Of a stretch of 64,000 nucleotides of DNA, positions 10,026-21,522 are shown piece after piece; position 1 is the first letter of the stretch; every line of letters begins with the position of its first letter. Below the pieces are notes generated by a model that saw only the letters and a list, made by a program, of their open reading frames with translations, searched no databases and was not told where the DNA came from. The position numbers were made by a program, and so were the translations under genes. This DNA is from Alphaproteobacteria bacterium (GTDB taxonomy: Bacteria; Pseudomonadota; Alphaproteobacteria; UBA828), in assembly GCA_965221125.1 (NCBI GenBank), contig CBDCRW010000007.1, positions 640,001-704,000 on the forward strand, written 5' to 3'.

Positions 10026-11555
10026 CTAGATGTCGTGGATGGCGTTCAGCTCGTCCTTGATGGAGTCGCACGCCTCCTGTGCGGAAAGCTCGCCGGCAAT
10101 GCACTGCTGCGTGCCGACGCGGACGATCTCGTGGTACTCGTTCGACTTCGGCAGCTTCGGCCCGAGCACCATGTTGGGCGAGCGGATGCCCTTGTCGTAG
10201 ACCGCCTCGAAGGTGAGAGCGTTCGGCATGGTGGTCGGCCGGTTGCGCGCCTCCTTGACCTCCGGCACCTCGAGGACGGACCTCCGCGTGGGCGTGCCGC
10301 CGACGCCCTGCAGCACCATGAGCTGCGTCTCGTGGCTGCAGGCCCAGCTCGCGAAGATGAACGCCGCGCGCTGCAGGTCCATCGACGCGCCGGCGTTGAT
10401 GCCGATGCCGCCGATGCCGCAGTTGGTCGCGTTGACCACGTTGTCGCCGCCGTCAGTGTTCCACTCCACGGCGCCCTTCGGCCCCATGGCGTAGGCCGTC
10501 TTGCCGCCGGCCGCGACCGACTGCTCGGCGTCTTCGACCGAGGCCGCGAACTCGTGGTACTGGATCTGCATGGCGACGCCGCCGGCGGCGTAGACCGTGT
10601 TCAGCTCCAGCGTGCCGTTGGTCAGGTTGTCGGGGTGGCTCACGTCGGCGAGCGCCTTGTAGCCCTCCATCGCCTTGACCGACTGCGCATCGCCCCAGTT
10701 GGTCGGGCCGGGGTTCTTCGAGCCCAGCGTGTCGTCGACCGCGAAGTCGAGCCACTGGTTCTGCGCGTACATGTGGCGCTGGATGTCGAGCTGCGTGGTC
10801 CAGCCGAACGAGCCGTGATGCTGCGCGTAGCCGTAGGGGATCGACGAATCGCGCTCGTGCATCTTGCCGAAGAACTCGGTGATGTCGACCATGTCCTTGT
10901 AGGTCGTTTCGTCGGTGAACTCGAGGCGGTAGCCGTAGTCGGCCTCGAAGTCCTTGCTCAGCTGCTCGAACAGGTCCTGGCGGTAGAAGGTGCACGAGAC
11001 CGCGCAGTCGTAGGGGAAGGCGCGGATCGGCCCGCGCTCATAGTAGACGCCGCAGGCATCCAGATAGTTCTCGAACCAGACGTCGCTGCCGTAGCCCTGC
11101 GGGTCGAGCGGGAGCGTGTCGTCGACCGAGAACTCGTTGAGGTCTGCGTAGAAGTCGGCGAAGGGCGAGCCGATCGGCTTGTCCTGCACGTAGTTGAGGT
11201 GATAGTCGGCCTGGCCGCTACGCAGGTCGATGCCGACCTTCTGCTGCACGGTCGGCAGGCCGTCGGTCAGGATCTCCACCTCAATGCCGGTGAGGTCGTA
11301 GAACGCCTGGATGTTGTCGCGGATCGCGAAGGAAGGCGGCGTGTTCTCGGACATGAAGACGAGCTTCGAGCCCTCGTACTGGCGCCACTTGGCTTCGTCG
11401 GAGGAATAGGCGTAGACCGGGCGGCGCGAGATCACCGAGTTCATGCCGACGGCGATCGAGCCCGCGCCGAGCGCGGTTGCGACGCCGCCTCCCAGCTCGA
11501 GGAACTTGCGGCGGCTGATCGGCTTGTACAGCGCCTTCTTGGGCATAGAGAACAT
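10026..11555 (-). CDS. Extracellular solute-binding protein with Tat signal
   Basis: ISRRKFL twin-arginine motif; AGGGAG RBS before ATG 11555; first gene of the ABC operon. Confidence 0.85.
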   Translation of the reverse strand: MFSMPKKALYKPISRRKFLELGGGVATALGAGSIAVGMNSVISRRPVYAYSSDEAKWRQYEGSKLVFMSENTPPSFAIRDNIQAFYDLTGIEVEILTDGLPTVQQKVGIDLRSGQADYHLNYVQDKPIGSPFADFYADLNEFSVDDTLPLDPQGYGSDVWFENYLDACGVYYERGPIRAFPYDCAVSCTFYRQDLFEQLSKDFEADYGYRLEFTDETTYKDMVDITEFFGKMHERDSSIPYGYAQHHGSFGWTTQLDIQRHMYAQNQWLDFAVDDTLGSKNPGPTNWGDAQSVKAMEGYKALADVSHPDNLTNGTLELNTVYAAGGVAMQIQYHEFAASVEDAEQSVAAGGKTAYAMGPKGAVEWNTDGGDNVVNATNCGIGGIGINAGASMDLQRAAFIFASWACSHETQLMVLQGVGGTPTRRSVLEVPEVKEARNRPTTMPNALTFEAVYDKGIRSPNMVLGPKLPKSNEYHEIVRVGTQQCIAGELSAQEACDSIKDELNAIHDI

Positions 11556-11665
11556 GCTGCTTCTCCCTTGCGGATGTCGAAGAACGGCGGTGCGTTGACT
11601 GGACGGAGGAGGGAGACGGCGCGCGGGTTCACGGCCCAACGGCCTCCCTCCGCCGGCGAAGGGGC

Positions 11666-11694
11666 AAACTGAACGTTTGTTTTCAGCGAGTCAA
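11666..11694 (-). promoter_or_regulatory. Putative sigma70 promoter with overlapping inverted repeat
   Basis: Minus strand TTGACT-N17-CAGTTT (weak -10); CTGAA-N8-TTCAG at 11669-11686. Confidence 0.4.
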
Positions 11695-11748
11695 TGGTCG
11701 CGCGGGAGAGGCGCGCGGGCGCGGCGACGCGGTCCGAAGCGGCTCAGA

Positions 11749-11864
11749 GTGAGACAACGCGAGACAAGGTGAGATTCAAAGCGAGACAAGGCGAGATGAA
11801 AGTGAGATGAAAGTGAGACAAGCCGAGATGAAAGTGAGACAAGCCGAGACAAAGCGAGACAAAA
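11749..11864. repeat. Helically phased tandem array of 11 GAGA(C/T) units
   Basis: GAGA starts at 11751, 11761, 11771, 11783, 11793, 11804, 11815, 11825, 11836, 11846, 11856; mean spacing 10.5 bp. Confidence 0.9.
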
Positions 11865-12149
11865 TGAACCGAAGCGGACCGGGGCGGCGGGCCGCGTCCG
11901 CGAAGAAAACCGTTCCCGCTCAATGGGTTACGGGCGCGGGGGGCAGCGCCAGCGCCCGAAGGGCCGCGCACGCGGATACGGACATATTTTTTTCCAGCGC
12001 GCAGAAGCGCGATGCGGTGGCGGGCAGGCAGGAGTGCGATCGGTTCATGGCGCCATACTGACGCGGGCGGCGTGCGCCGTGCACCGCACCATGGTCCGGG
12101 CCCCGCGCGCCTGAACAGTGGCGCGCGCAGGTTGATGCCATGAAAAACA

Positions 12150-12269
12150 CCCCCACCTCTCCCTGTCCCTCTCCGCCCCCAGGGGCGGAGAGGGGACGCA
12201 AGCCGCAGCCACCTTTGCTCCCTCTCCTCCCCGCCGGGGAGGAGAGGGCCGGGGTGAGGTGGGGGATTC
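12150..12269. repeat. Double-hairpin REP/MITE-like element, copy 1
   Basis: Terminal CCCCCACCTC..GAGGTGGGGG with two internal CCCTCTCC..GGAGAGGG hairpins; 12236-12269 is the exact reverse complement of 47251-47284. Confidence 0.85.
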
Positions 12270-12292
12270 TTTTCTGGCCGCTTGACGCGCAG

Positions 12293-12344
12293 GCGCCGGC
12301 AGGCGCGCGGAATCAAAAACCGGCCGGCTGCCGTGAGCGACAAA
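12293..12344. repeat. 52-bp dispersed repeat, copy A
   Basis: Ungapped 45/52 identity to 26455-26506 (manual count). Confidence 0.8.
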
Positions 12345-12349
12345 GACTC

Positions 12350-12380
12350 AGAGCGTTTCCGTGCAAAACGGAAACGCTCT
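12350..12380. terminator. Stable hairpin, original 3' structure of the acetoacetate-CoA ligase gene before IS insertion
   Basis: AGAGCGTTTCCGT-gcaaa-ACGGAAACGCTCT, adjacent to the CTAA target duplication. Confidence 0.6.
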
Positions 12381-12382
12381 AA

Positions 12383-13995
12383 CCCGACCTATTCATGGAC
12401 TGCCTTGCACTTGATGCTCGGTTGATTGGGCGCGTCGGGGCCTGACGCGGTTTGGCGTCGGGAACTGAGGATGGTCGTTATCGGGTTGATGGTTTATGGA
12501 GCCTGGGTGATTGGGGCACGCCGCCCCGTCGCTCATGGGCCTGCTGCGGCGAGGCGGCCTGCGAGCAGGCGGAAGAGGGCGGCGTCGGGGCAGGCCGAGG
12601 CGAAGTGGATGCGGATGCGGGTGGCCTTCTCGATGACGCGGGCACCGATCTTGAGGAGGCGCAGCCTGAGGGTTGCAAACTCTGCACGGGCGAGCGGCGC
12701 GGCGCGGGGAATGGCGTCGCGCAGCGCGAGCATGAGCCAGTAGGCTGCGGTGTGGAGGACCAGCCTGAGCTGATTGGCGAGCGGGCTCTGGCAGGAGGTG
12801 CGGTCCGAGGCGAGCTGGCCCTTGTGCATCTTGATCAGGTTCTCGGCCTGGCCGCGGGCGCAGTAGATGTCTTCGTAGAGATGGCGGGGCTCGCCCTTGA
12901 GTGAGGTGACGACATAGCGGGCATCGAAGCCGCGGGTGCTCGCCTCGAGCCGGGCGACGACCCGGCGTTCGCAGCTCCAGGAGCGGGCGGCGTAGTCGAA
13001 GGCGGTGAAGCTGCGCATCCTGTCTGCGCCGGCCTTGGCGCGGCGCACCTTGAGATCGTCGGCCATCTCGTATGCGAGCGCGTGCAGCGCGCGGTTGCCC
13101 GCGAGGCCGAAGATGTAGTCGACCCCGTTCTCCTCGCACCAGGCCATGGCTTCCGGGCGGCCGTAGTGGCTGTCTCCGCGGAAGACGATCCGGGTGTGCG
13201 GCCAGTGGCGGCGGATGCGGCGGACCAGATGCTTGATGAGGGTGCGGACCTCAGGGCCCGACGGCGTCTTGCCCGGGCGCAGGAGGACCGCCACCGGCTT
13301 GCCGCTTTCCACATGGTAGACGTGGACGGGCAGGAAGCAGCGCGTGTCGTAATGAGCGTTGAAGAGCGAGAGCTGCTGGTGGCCGTGCACCGCATCGCAG
13401 GTGTCGTCGATGTCAAGGGTTATGGCGGCGGGAGGGGCTTGGAAGCTGCGGCAGAAGAGATCGACCAGCGCCGCCGTCATGCGCGCCACCTCGATACGAG
13501 ACGGCGCGTTCTCCAGGCGGCTCATGGTCGGCTGGGAGCAGAGTGCGCGGCCGCTCTCCGGCGCCTTGCCTGAGGCCAGCTTGAACAGAGGGTCCGCGCG
13601 CAGCGCGTCGCAGTCGTCGGCATCTTCGTAGCCACACGCAATGGCGAACATGCGGAAGCGCAGCATGGCCGAGAGCGAGTGGATCACCTGCGCCTGCTTG
13701 CGCCGGTCGCGGATGCAGCCGGCCAGGGTCTCGGCCAGGCGCAAGCTGCGTTCCGCCTCACGAAGCAGGACGAGGCCGCCGTCAGACGAGATCAGGCCGC
13801 CGTCGAAGGCGGCGCTCACCTTCTTGCGTTGGACGCTTGGCAGATCGAAGGGAAGAAGACTATCGTCGGTCATGGCGGGCGTGGCATTTTCGTTGTTCGG
13901 AGAGGAAGACGCCTCGGCAACGAATTCCTACCCGATGGCAACGACTTACGCTACGTCCGCCACCCCAAAACCAGACCTGCCATGAATAATTCGGG
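12383..13995 (-). mobile_element. IS1380-family insertion sequence (1613 bp)
   Basis: Imperfect terminal IRs CCCGACCTATTCATGG / CCCGAATTATTCATGG; 4-bp direct repeat CTAA at 12379-12382 and 13996-13999. Confidence 0.92.
12533..13873 (-). CDS. IS1380-family DDE transposase
   Basis: FDGGLISSDGG, GYEDADD, LDIDDT, RGDSHY, YCARGQAENLIK; intact 446 aa. Confidence 0.95.
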   Translation of the reverse strand: MTDDSLLPFDLPSVQRKKVSAAFDGGLISSDGGLVLLREAERSLRLAETLAGCIRDRRKQAQVIHSLSAMLRFRMFAIACGYEDADDCDALRADPLFKLASGKAPESGRALCSQPTMSRLENAPSRIEVARMTAALVDLFCRSFQAPPAAITLDIDDTCDAVHGHQQLSLFNAHYDTRCFLPVHVYHVESGKPVAVLLRPGKTPSGPEVRTLIKHLVRRIRRHWPHTRIVFRGDSHYGRPEAMAWCEENGVDYIFGLAGNRALHALAYEMADDLKVRRAKAGADRMRSFTAFDYAARSWSCERRVVARLEASTRGFDARYVVTSLKGEPRHLYEDIYCARGQAENLIKMHKGQLASDRTSCQSPLANQLRLVLHTAAYWLMLALRDAIPRAAPLARAEFATLRLRLLKIGARVIEKATRIRIHFASACPDAALFRLLAGRLAAAGP

Positions 13996-15948
<1,953 letters not shown>

Positions 15949-15986
15949 GGCTCCTCCGCTGCTGCCGCGCCGTCATAGCAGGCTCG

Positions 15987-16029
15987 CCCGCCGAACGGGA
16001 GACCCGCCGAGCGGGAGACCCGTCAAGCG
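15987..16029. repeat. 16-bp tandem repeat (about 2.7 copies)
   Basis: CCCGCCGAACGGGAGA CCCGCCGAGCGGGAGA CCCGTCAAGCG. Confidence 0.6.
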
Positions 16030-16131
16030 ATGCGCGGAGGCGGAACCATCGCTGGAGCCATTTGCCAACGCGCCCTGTAAGCTTGTATGTGCTTCGTTCT
16101 CAAAGATCGCCTTGCGAGACGAGAGGCACCG

Positions 16132-16494
16132 ATGATTTCCGCCGTGGCCGAGCGCACCGCCGACATCCAGCGTCTTTGCGGGCGGCATCGCGTGCAGAGG
16201 CTCGCCGTGTTCGGCTCGGCGGCGACCGGAGAGCACCGCGCCGGCACGAGCGACTTCGATTTCGTGGTGGAGTTCCCGCCGCTGCCGGCCGGCGCGTATG
16301 CGGACGGCTATTTCGGCCTGCTGGAGGACCTGGAGCGGCTGCTCGGGGGTCCGGTGGAGCTGGTCGTCGGCTCCGCCATCCAAAACCCGTTCTTTCGCCA
16401 GTCGGTCGAGCGGACCAGCGCGCTGCTCTATGAAGCCAGAAGCCCAAGTTTGAGAGTTACCCAATTAACTACAATTCCGGATCAAGAGATGTAG
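16132..16494 (+). CDS. Minimal nucleotidyltransferase (MNT) antitoxin, C-terminally extended
   Basis: VFGSAATG..SDFDFVVEF, YFGLLEDLERLLG, NPFFRQSV..LLYEA; reads on past the usual end into the insert. Confidence 0.85.
   Translation: MISAVAERTADIQRLCGRHRVQRLAVFGSAATGEHRAGTSDFDFVVEFPPLPAGAYADGYFGLLEDLERLLGGPVELVVGSAIQNPFFRQSVERTSALLYEARSPSLRVTQLTTIPDQEM
16430..16453 (+). pseudogene. Probable N-terminal stub of the HEPN (DUF86) toxin
   Basis: ATG AAG CCA GAA GCC CAA GTT TGA overlaps the MNT 3' end where the coupled toxin normally starts. Confidence 0.5.
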
Positions 16495-16512
16495 GGGGGC
16501 GTCAGGGTATAC

Positions 16513-17122
16513 ATGGACGACGCACGACCGAAAAAATGGAATCGGCTTATGAAATGGTTGCGCAAATATTCAGAGATTCCAAATTGGGTATTGGTAGCTA
16601 TAGGTGGTATCGGCCTGATCTTTGCGGCCATACAAACTTACCATGGCTGGATCATCAGTGGAGACATATACGAGCAACAGCGACCGCGCCTTTCTCTACG
16701 GCTGGATATTGAGCAAATGGATGGTCCCGCGGGGCTTCGGATAATTGGCCCTCTCGAGATCGGGGGAACCACGGACGCGCGGCGGGTATAGGGTCAAGAA
16801 TTACGTTACCCCGGACAAACCCAAGCAGCGCGATTACATTGCTACTATCGATGTGGATTGGAATGGTAGGGAGGGTCACTTGCTCGGTGACGTGTCCACC
16901 ACCGAGGTAGGGAGACGAATTGTCGCCGCGCCCCTAACGCCGCAACAAATTGAGACGATCGACTCTGAGGAGGAATCTCTCTATTTCATTGCGAGGATCG
17001 AATACTGTGACAACAATGACGACTGTTACTACTTCATGAGGTGTGCCGAAATTGATAATTCCGGATTCGCTGATACTCTCGTCTACTGTGGTACTCGTTC
17101 GGATGTTCTGATAAGAGACTGA
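16513..17122 (+). pseudogene. Low-GC single-TM hypothetical gene with a frameshift near 16789
   Basis: ORFs 16513-16791 and 16745-17122 join as ..ARRV-RVKNY.. if one T is removed from GTATAGG; sampled 60-bp lines are 40-47% GC. Confidence 0.65.
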
Positions 17123-17142
17123 AGTCGGTCAAGTTAACTCCA

Positions 17143-17304
17143 GTGACCGGATGCTGTCGCATCGTCGCCTTCCGCAACATCCTTATCCACGGCTACGCAG
17201 ACGTGGACAATCGTCTGGTGTGGGATGTCGTGGAAACGAAGCTCCCGATCCTGCGTCGCGATGTCGAAGCGCTGTTGCGAGAGTCCGGAATCGAACCCGA
17301 CTGA
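17143..17304 (+). pseudogene. C-terminal remnant of HEPN/DUF86 (HepT-like) RNase toxin
   Basis: Manual translation VTGCCRIVAFRNILIHGYADVDNRLVWDVVETKLPILRRDVEALL with RX4HXY motif; absent from the ORF track. Confidence 0.85.
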
Positions 17305-17362
17305 TCGGCCAGCCTCGTATCGGCCTCGGTGTCGACGACAGGCGCCTCGGCAATATTCCCTA

Positions 17363-17391
17363 TTGAAAGCGGACCGGATTCGTCCTATATG
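17363..17391 (+). promoter_or_regulatory. suf operon promoter with GGAC-N7-GTCC inverted repeat
   Basis: TTGAA-N16-CCTATAT (RpoH-like; also TTGAAA-N17-TATATG); palindrome in the spacer is a candidate Rrf2 operator. Confidence 0.55.
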
Positions 17392-17444
17392 CCGGTCACG
17401 CACACGCCCAGGCAGGGGCGAGGCGATTGCGAGGGGGTACACAC

Positions 17445-17905
17445 ATGATCCGCGTCAGCCGCATGGCCGACTATGGCGTCGTGGCCATGACCCACATCGC
17501 GCGCGATCCCCGCGCCAGGCACACCGCGGCGAGCATCGCGGCGCAGACCGGCGTGCCCCAGCCGAGCGCGAGCAAGCTCCTGAAACTGCTGGCGAAAGCC
17601 GGCATCGTGACCTCCCACCGGGGAGTCAAGGGCGGCTACGTGCTGGCGCACGCGCCGGAGCAGGTCTCGGTGGCGGACCTCGTCGCCGCCGTGGACGGGC
17701 CGATCTCCCTCGCCGATTGCCTCGACGGCCCCTCCGGCATCTGCGAGCTGGAGAGCTTTTGCTCGGTGCGCGGGCCCTGGCAGAAGATCAGCGACGCGAT
17801 CCGCGTGGCGCTGGAGGAAGTGACCCTCGCCGACATGGCCCATGCGGCGGAGGGCGCCGGTGCCGCGCCCGCGCAGGCTGAGACCGCCGGGCGGGAGCAC
17901 GCGTC

Positions 17906-17909
<4 letters not shown>
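17445..17909 (+). CDS. SUF system Rrf2/IscR-family regulator
   Basis: [23 protein letters not shown], three Cys (DC..C..C). Confidence 0.9.
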
Positions 17910-19369
<1,460 letters not shown>

Positions 19370-19422
19370 GGTGGCGCCGGATACCCGTTTCAACCCGCAT
19401 TTCAACGAGTAAGCCGAAAATC

Positions 19423-20181
19423 ATGCTGACGATTGAGAACCTGCACGCGACCGCCGACGGCAAGCCGATCCTGAACGGCCTCGACCTCCGGGTGAATGCG
19501 GGCGAGGTGCACGCGGTCATGGGACCCAACGGCTCGGGCAAGAGCACGCTCTCCTACGTCATCGCCGGGCGCGAGGGCTATGAGGTGACGCAAGGCTCGA
19601 TCACCTACCGGGGCCGGGACCTGCTCGCCATGAGCGTGGAGGAGCGCGCGCTCTCCGGCGTCTTCCTCGCCTTCCAGTACCCGGTCGAGATCCCGGGCGT
19701 GGGCAGCGCCACCTTCCTCAAGACGGCGGTGAACGCCGCCCGCGCCCATCGCGGCGAGAAGGAATACGACGCGATGGAGTTCCTCAAGCTGGTCCGGGCG
19801 AAGCGCGCGGACCTCGGCATCGAGGACGGCATGATGCGCCGCGCGCTCAACGTCGGCTTCTCCGGCGGCGAGAAGAAGCGCAACGAGATGCTGCAGATGG
19901 CGCTGCTGGAGCCTTCTCTCGCCATCCTCGACGAGACCGATTCGGGGCTCGACATCGACGCGCTGAAGGTCGTCGCAGCGGGAATCAACGCCATGCGCAC
20001 GCCCGAGCGCGCAATGGTGGTCATCACCCATTACCAGCGGCTCCTTGACCACGTCGTGCCGGACAAGGTGCACGTGCTCTCCGGCGGGCGCATCGTCCGC
20101 TCCGGCGGCCGGGAGCTTGCGCTCGAGCTGGAGCGGAGCGGCTACGCCGGCCTCGGGCTCGAGCCGAGCGCGGCGGCCTGA
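19423..20181 (+). CDS. sufC: Fe-S cluster assembly ATPase SufC
   Basis: MGPNGSGKST, FQYPVEIPGV, FSGGEKKR, LDETDSGLDID. Confidence 0.97.
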   Translation: MLTIENLHATADGKPILNGLDLRVNAGEVHAVMGPNGSGKSTLSYVIAGREGYEVTQGSITYRGRDLLAMSVEERALSGVFLAFQYPVEIPGVGSATFLKTAVNAARAHRGEKEYDAMEFLKLVRAKRADLGIEDGMMRRALNVGFSGGEKKRNEMLQMALLEPSLAILDETDSGLDIDALKVVAAGINAMRTPERAMVVITHYQRLLDHVVPDKVHVLSGGRIVRSGGRELALELERSGYAGLGLEPSAAA

Positions 20182-20196
20182 GCGCGGGTCCGGACA

Positions 20197-21522
20197 ATGG
20201 CCAGCCCGCGGACCATTCCCTTCGCGTACCCCGCGCCCGAAGCGGTCGCAGCGGCGCTGCCGGGCGCGGGCCTGCCCTGGCTCGATGCGCTCCGGGCCGA
20301 GGGGCGCCGCTTGAGCGCGGACGGGCTGCCCGGCACCCGCATGGAAGCGTGGAAGTACACCAGTCTGGCGCCCCTCGCCGCTCTCGACTTCGCGGCGCCG
20401 GCTACGGCGCTGGATGCGAGCGCGGCAGCCGATCCCGGCCCCGGCGCCTTCGCGACCGCAGACGGGCCTGCGCTGGTGTTCGTCAACGGCCGGCTCTCCG
20501 CCCGCCATTCGCGCTTCGACGCCCTGCCGCCGGGCCTCCGCATCGTCGGGCTGGCGCAAGGTCTGGCGGACGACCCGGCGCAGGTCGAGGCGCTGCTCGG
20601 CGAGGCCGGGCCGCCCAATGGCGATCCCATGGCCGCGTTCAACGCGGCGTTCGCGGCCGACGGCTGCATCGTCGAGGCCGAGCCCGGCGCAGACGTGGCG
20701 CAGCCCGTGACGCTCCGCTTCGTGGCCGCGCCCGGCGACGCGCCGCTCGCCTACCATCCGCGCGTGATCGTGCGGCTCGGCGCGGGCAGCCGGCTCACTC
20801 TTGCCGAATGCCATGAGGGGCCAGCCGGCGGGGCCACCTGGTCCAATCCGCTCACCGACATCCGCATCGGCGAGGGCGCGGCGCTCAGCCACGTCAAGCT
20901 CCAGGTCGAGGGCGCGGGCGCCTACCACACGGCGCTGACCAGGGCGGCGCTGGCGGGGGACGGGCGTTACGAGAGCCACCTGCTGGCCCTCGGCGCACGC
21001 CTCGCGCGCCACGAGATCCATGTCCGCTTCGACGGCGAGGGGGGCCGGTGCGACCTGCGCGGCGGCTACATGGCGCGCGGCAGCCAGCACGTCGACAACA
21101 CCACCGTCATCGACCACGCCGTGCCGCATTGCGAGAGCCGCGAGGTCTACAAGGGTGTGCTCGACGACACCGCGCGCGGCGTCTTCCAGGGCAGGATCGT
21201 CGTGCGTCAGGACGCCCAAAAGACCGACGGCCACCAGCTCAACCGCACGCTGCTGCTCTCGCCCAGGGCCGAGGTCGACACCAAGCCCGAGCTGGAAATC
21301 TACGCCGACGACGTGAAGTGCAGCCACGGCGCGACCGCCGGCGAGCCGGAGGCCGACCAGCTCTTCTACCTGCGCTCGCGCGGCCTCGATCGCAGGACCG
21401 CGCTGGCGCTGATTGTCGAGGGCTTCATGGGCGAGCTGCTGGAGGAGATCGGCCACGAGGCGGTTCGCGCGGCGCTGGCCGCGCGCGTCGCCGGCTGGAT
21501 CGGGGAGGTGCACGAGGCATGA
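20197..21522 (+). CDS. sufD: Fe-S cluster assembly protein SufD
   Basis: EAWKYT, KPELEIYADDVKCSHGAT, LFYLRSRG. Confidence 0.95.
   Translation: MASPRTIPFAYPAPEAVAAALPGAGLPWLDALRAEGRRLSADGLPGTRMEAWKYTSLAPLAALDFAAPATALDASAAADPGPGAFATADGPALVFVNGRLSARHSRFDALPPGLRIVGLAQGLADDPAQVEALLGEAGPPNGDPMAAFNAAFAADGCIVEAEPGADVAQPVTLRFVAAPGDAPLAYHPRVIVRLGAGSRLTLAECHEGPAGGATWSNPLTDIRIGEGAALSHVKLQVEGAGAYHTALTRAALAGDGRYESHLLALGARLARHEIHVRFDGEGGRCDLRGGYMARGSQHVDNTTVIDHAVPHCESREVYKGVLDDTARGVFQGRIVVRQDAQKTDGHQLNRTLLLSPRAEVDTKPELEIYADDVKCSHGATAGEPEADQLFYLRSRGLDRRTALALIVEGFMGELLEEIGHEAVRAALAARVAGWIGEVHEA

Noticed and set aside
11749-11864. Phased array as a CRISPR array
   Set aside because: Units are 10-12 bp with no unique spacers, and no cas genes are present.
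11744-12382. ORFs 11744-12343, 11807-12061 and 12140-12382 as genes
   Set aside because: They translate repeats and palindromes, lack recognisable domains and have no clear RBS.
16445-17150. Low-GC insert as a classical integron cassette
   Set aside because: No convincing RYYYAAC..GTTRRRY attC site and no intI in the window; kept only as an open test.
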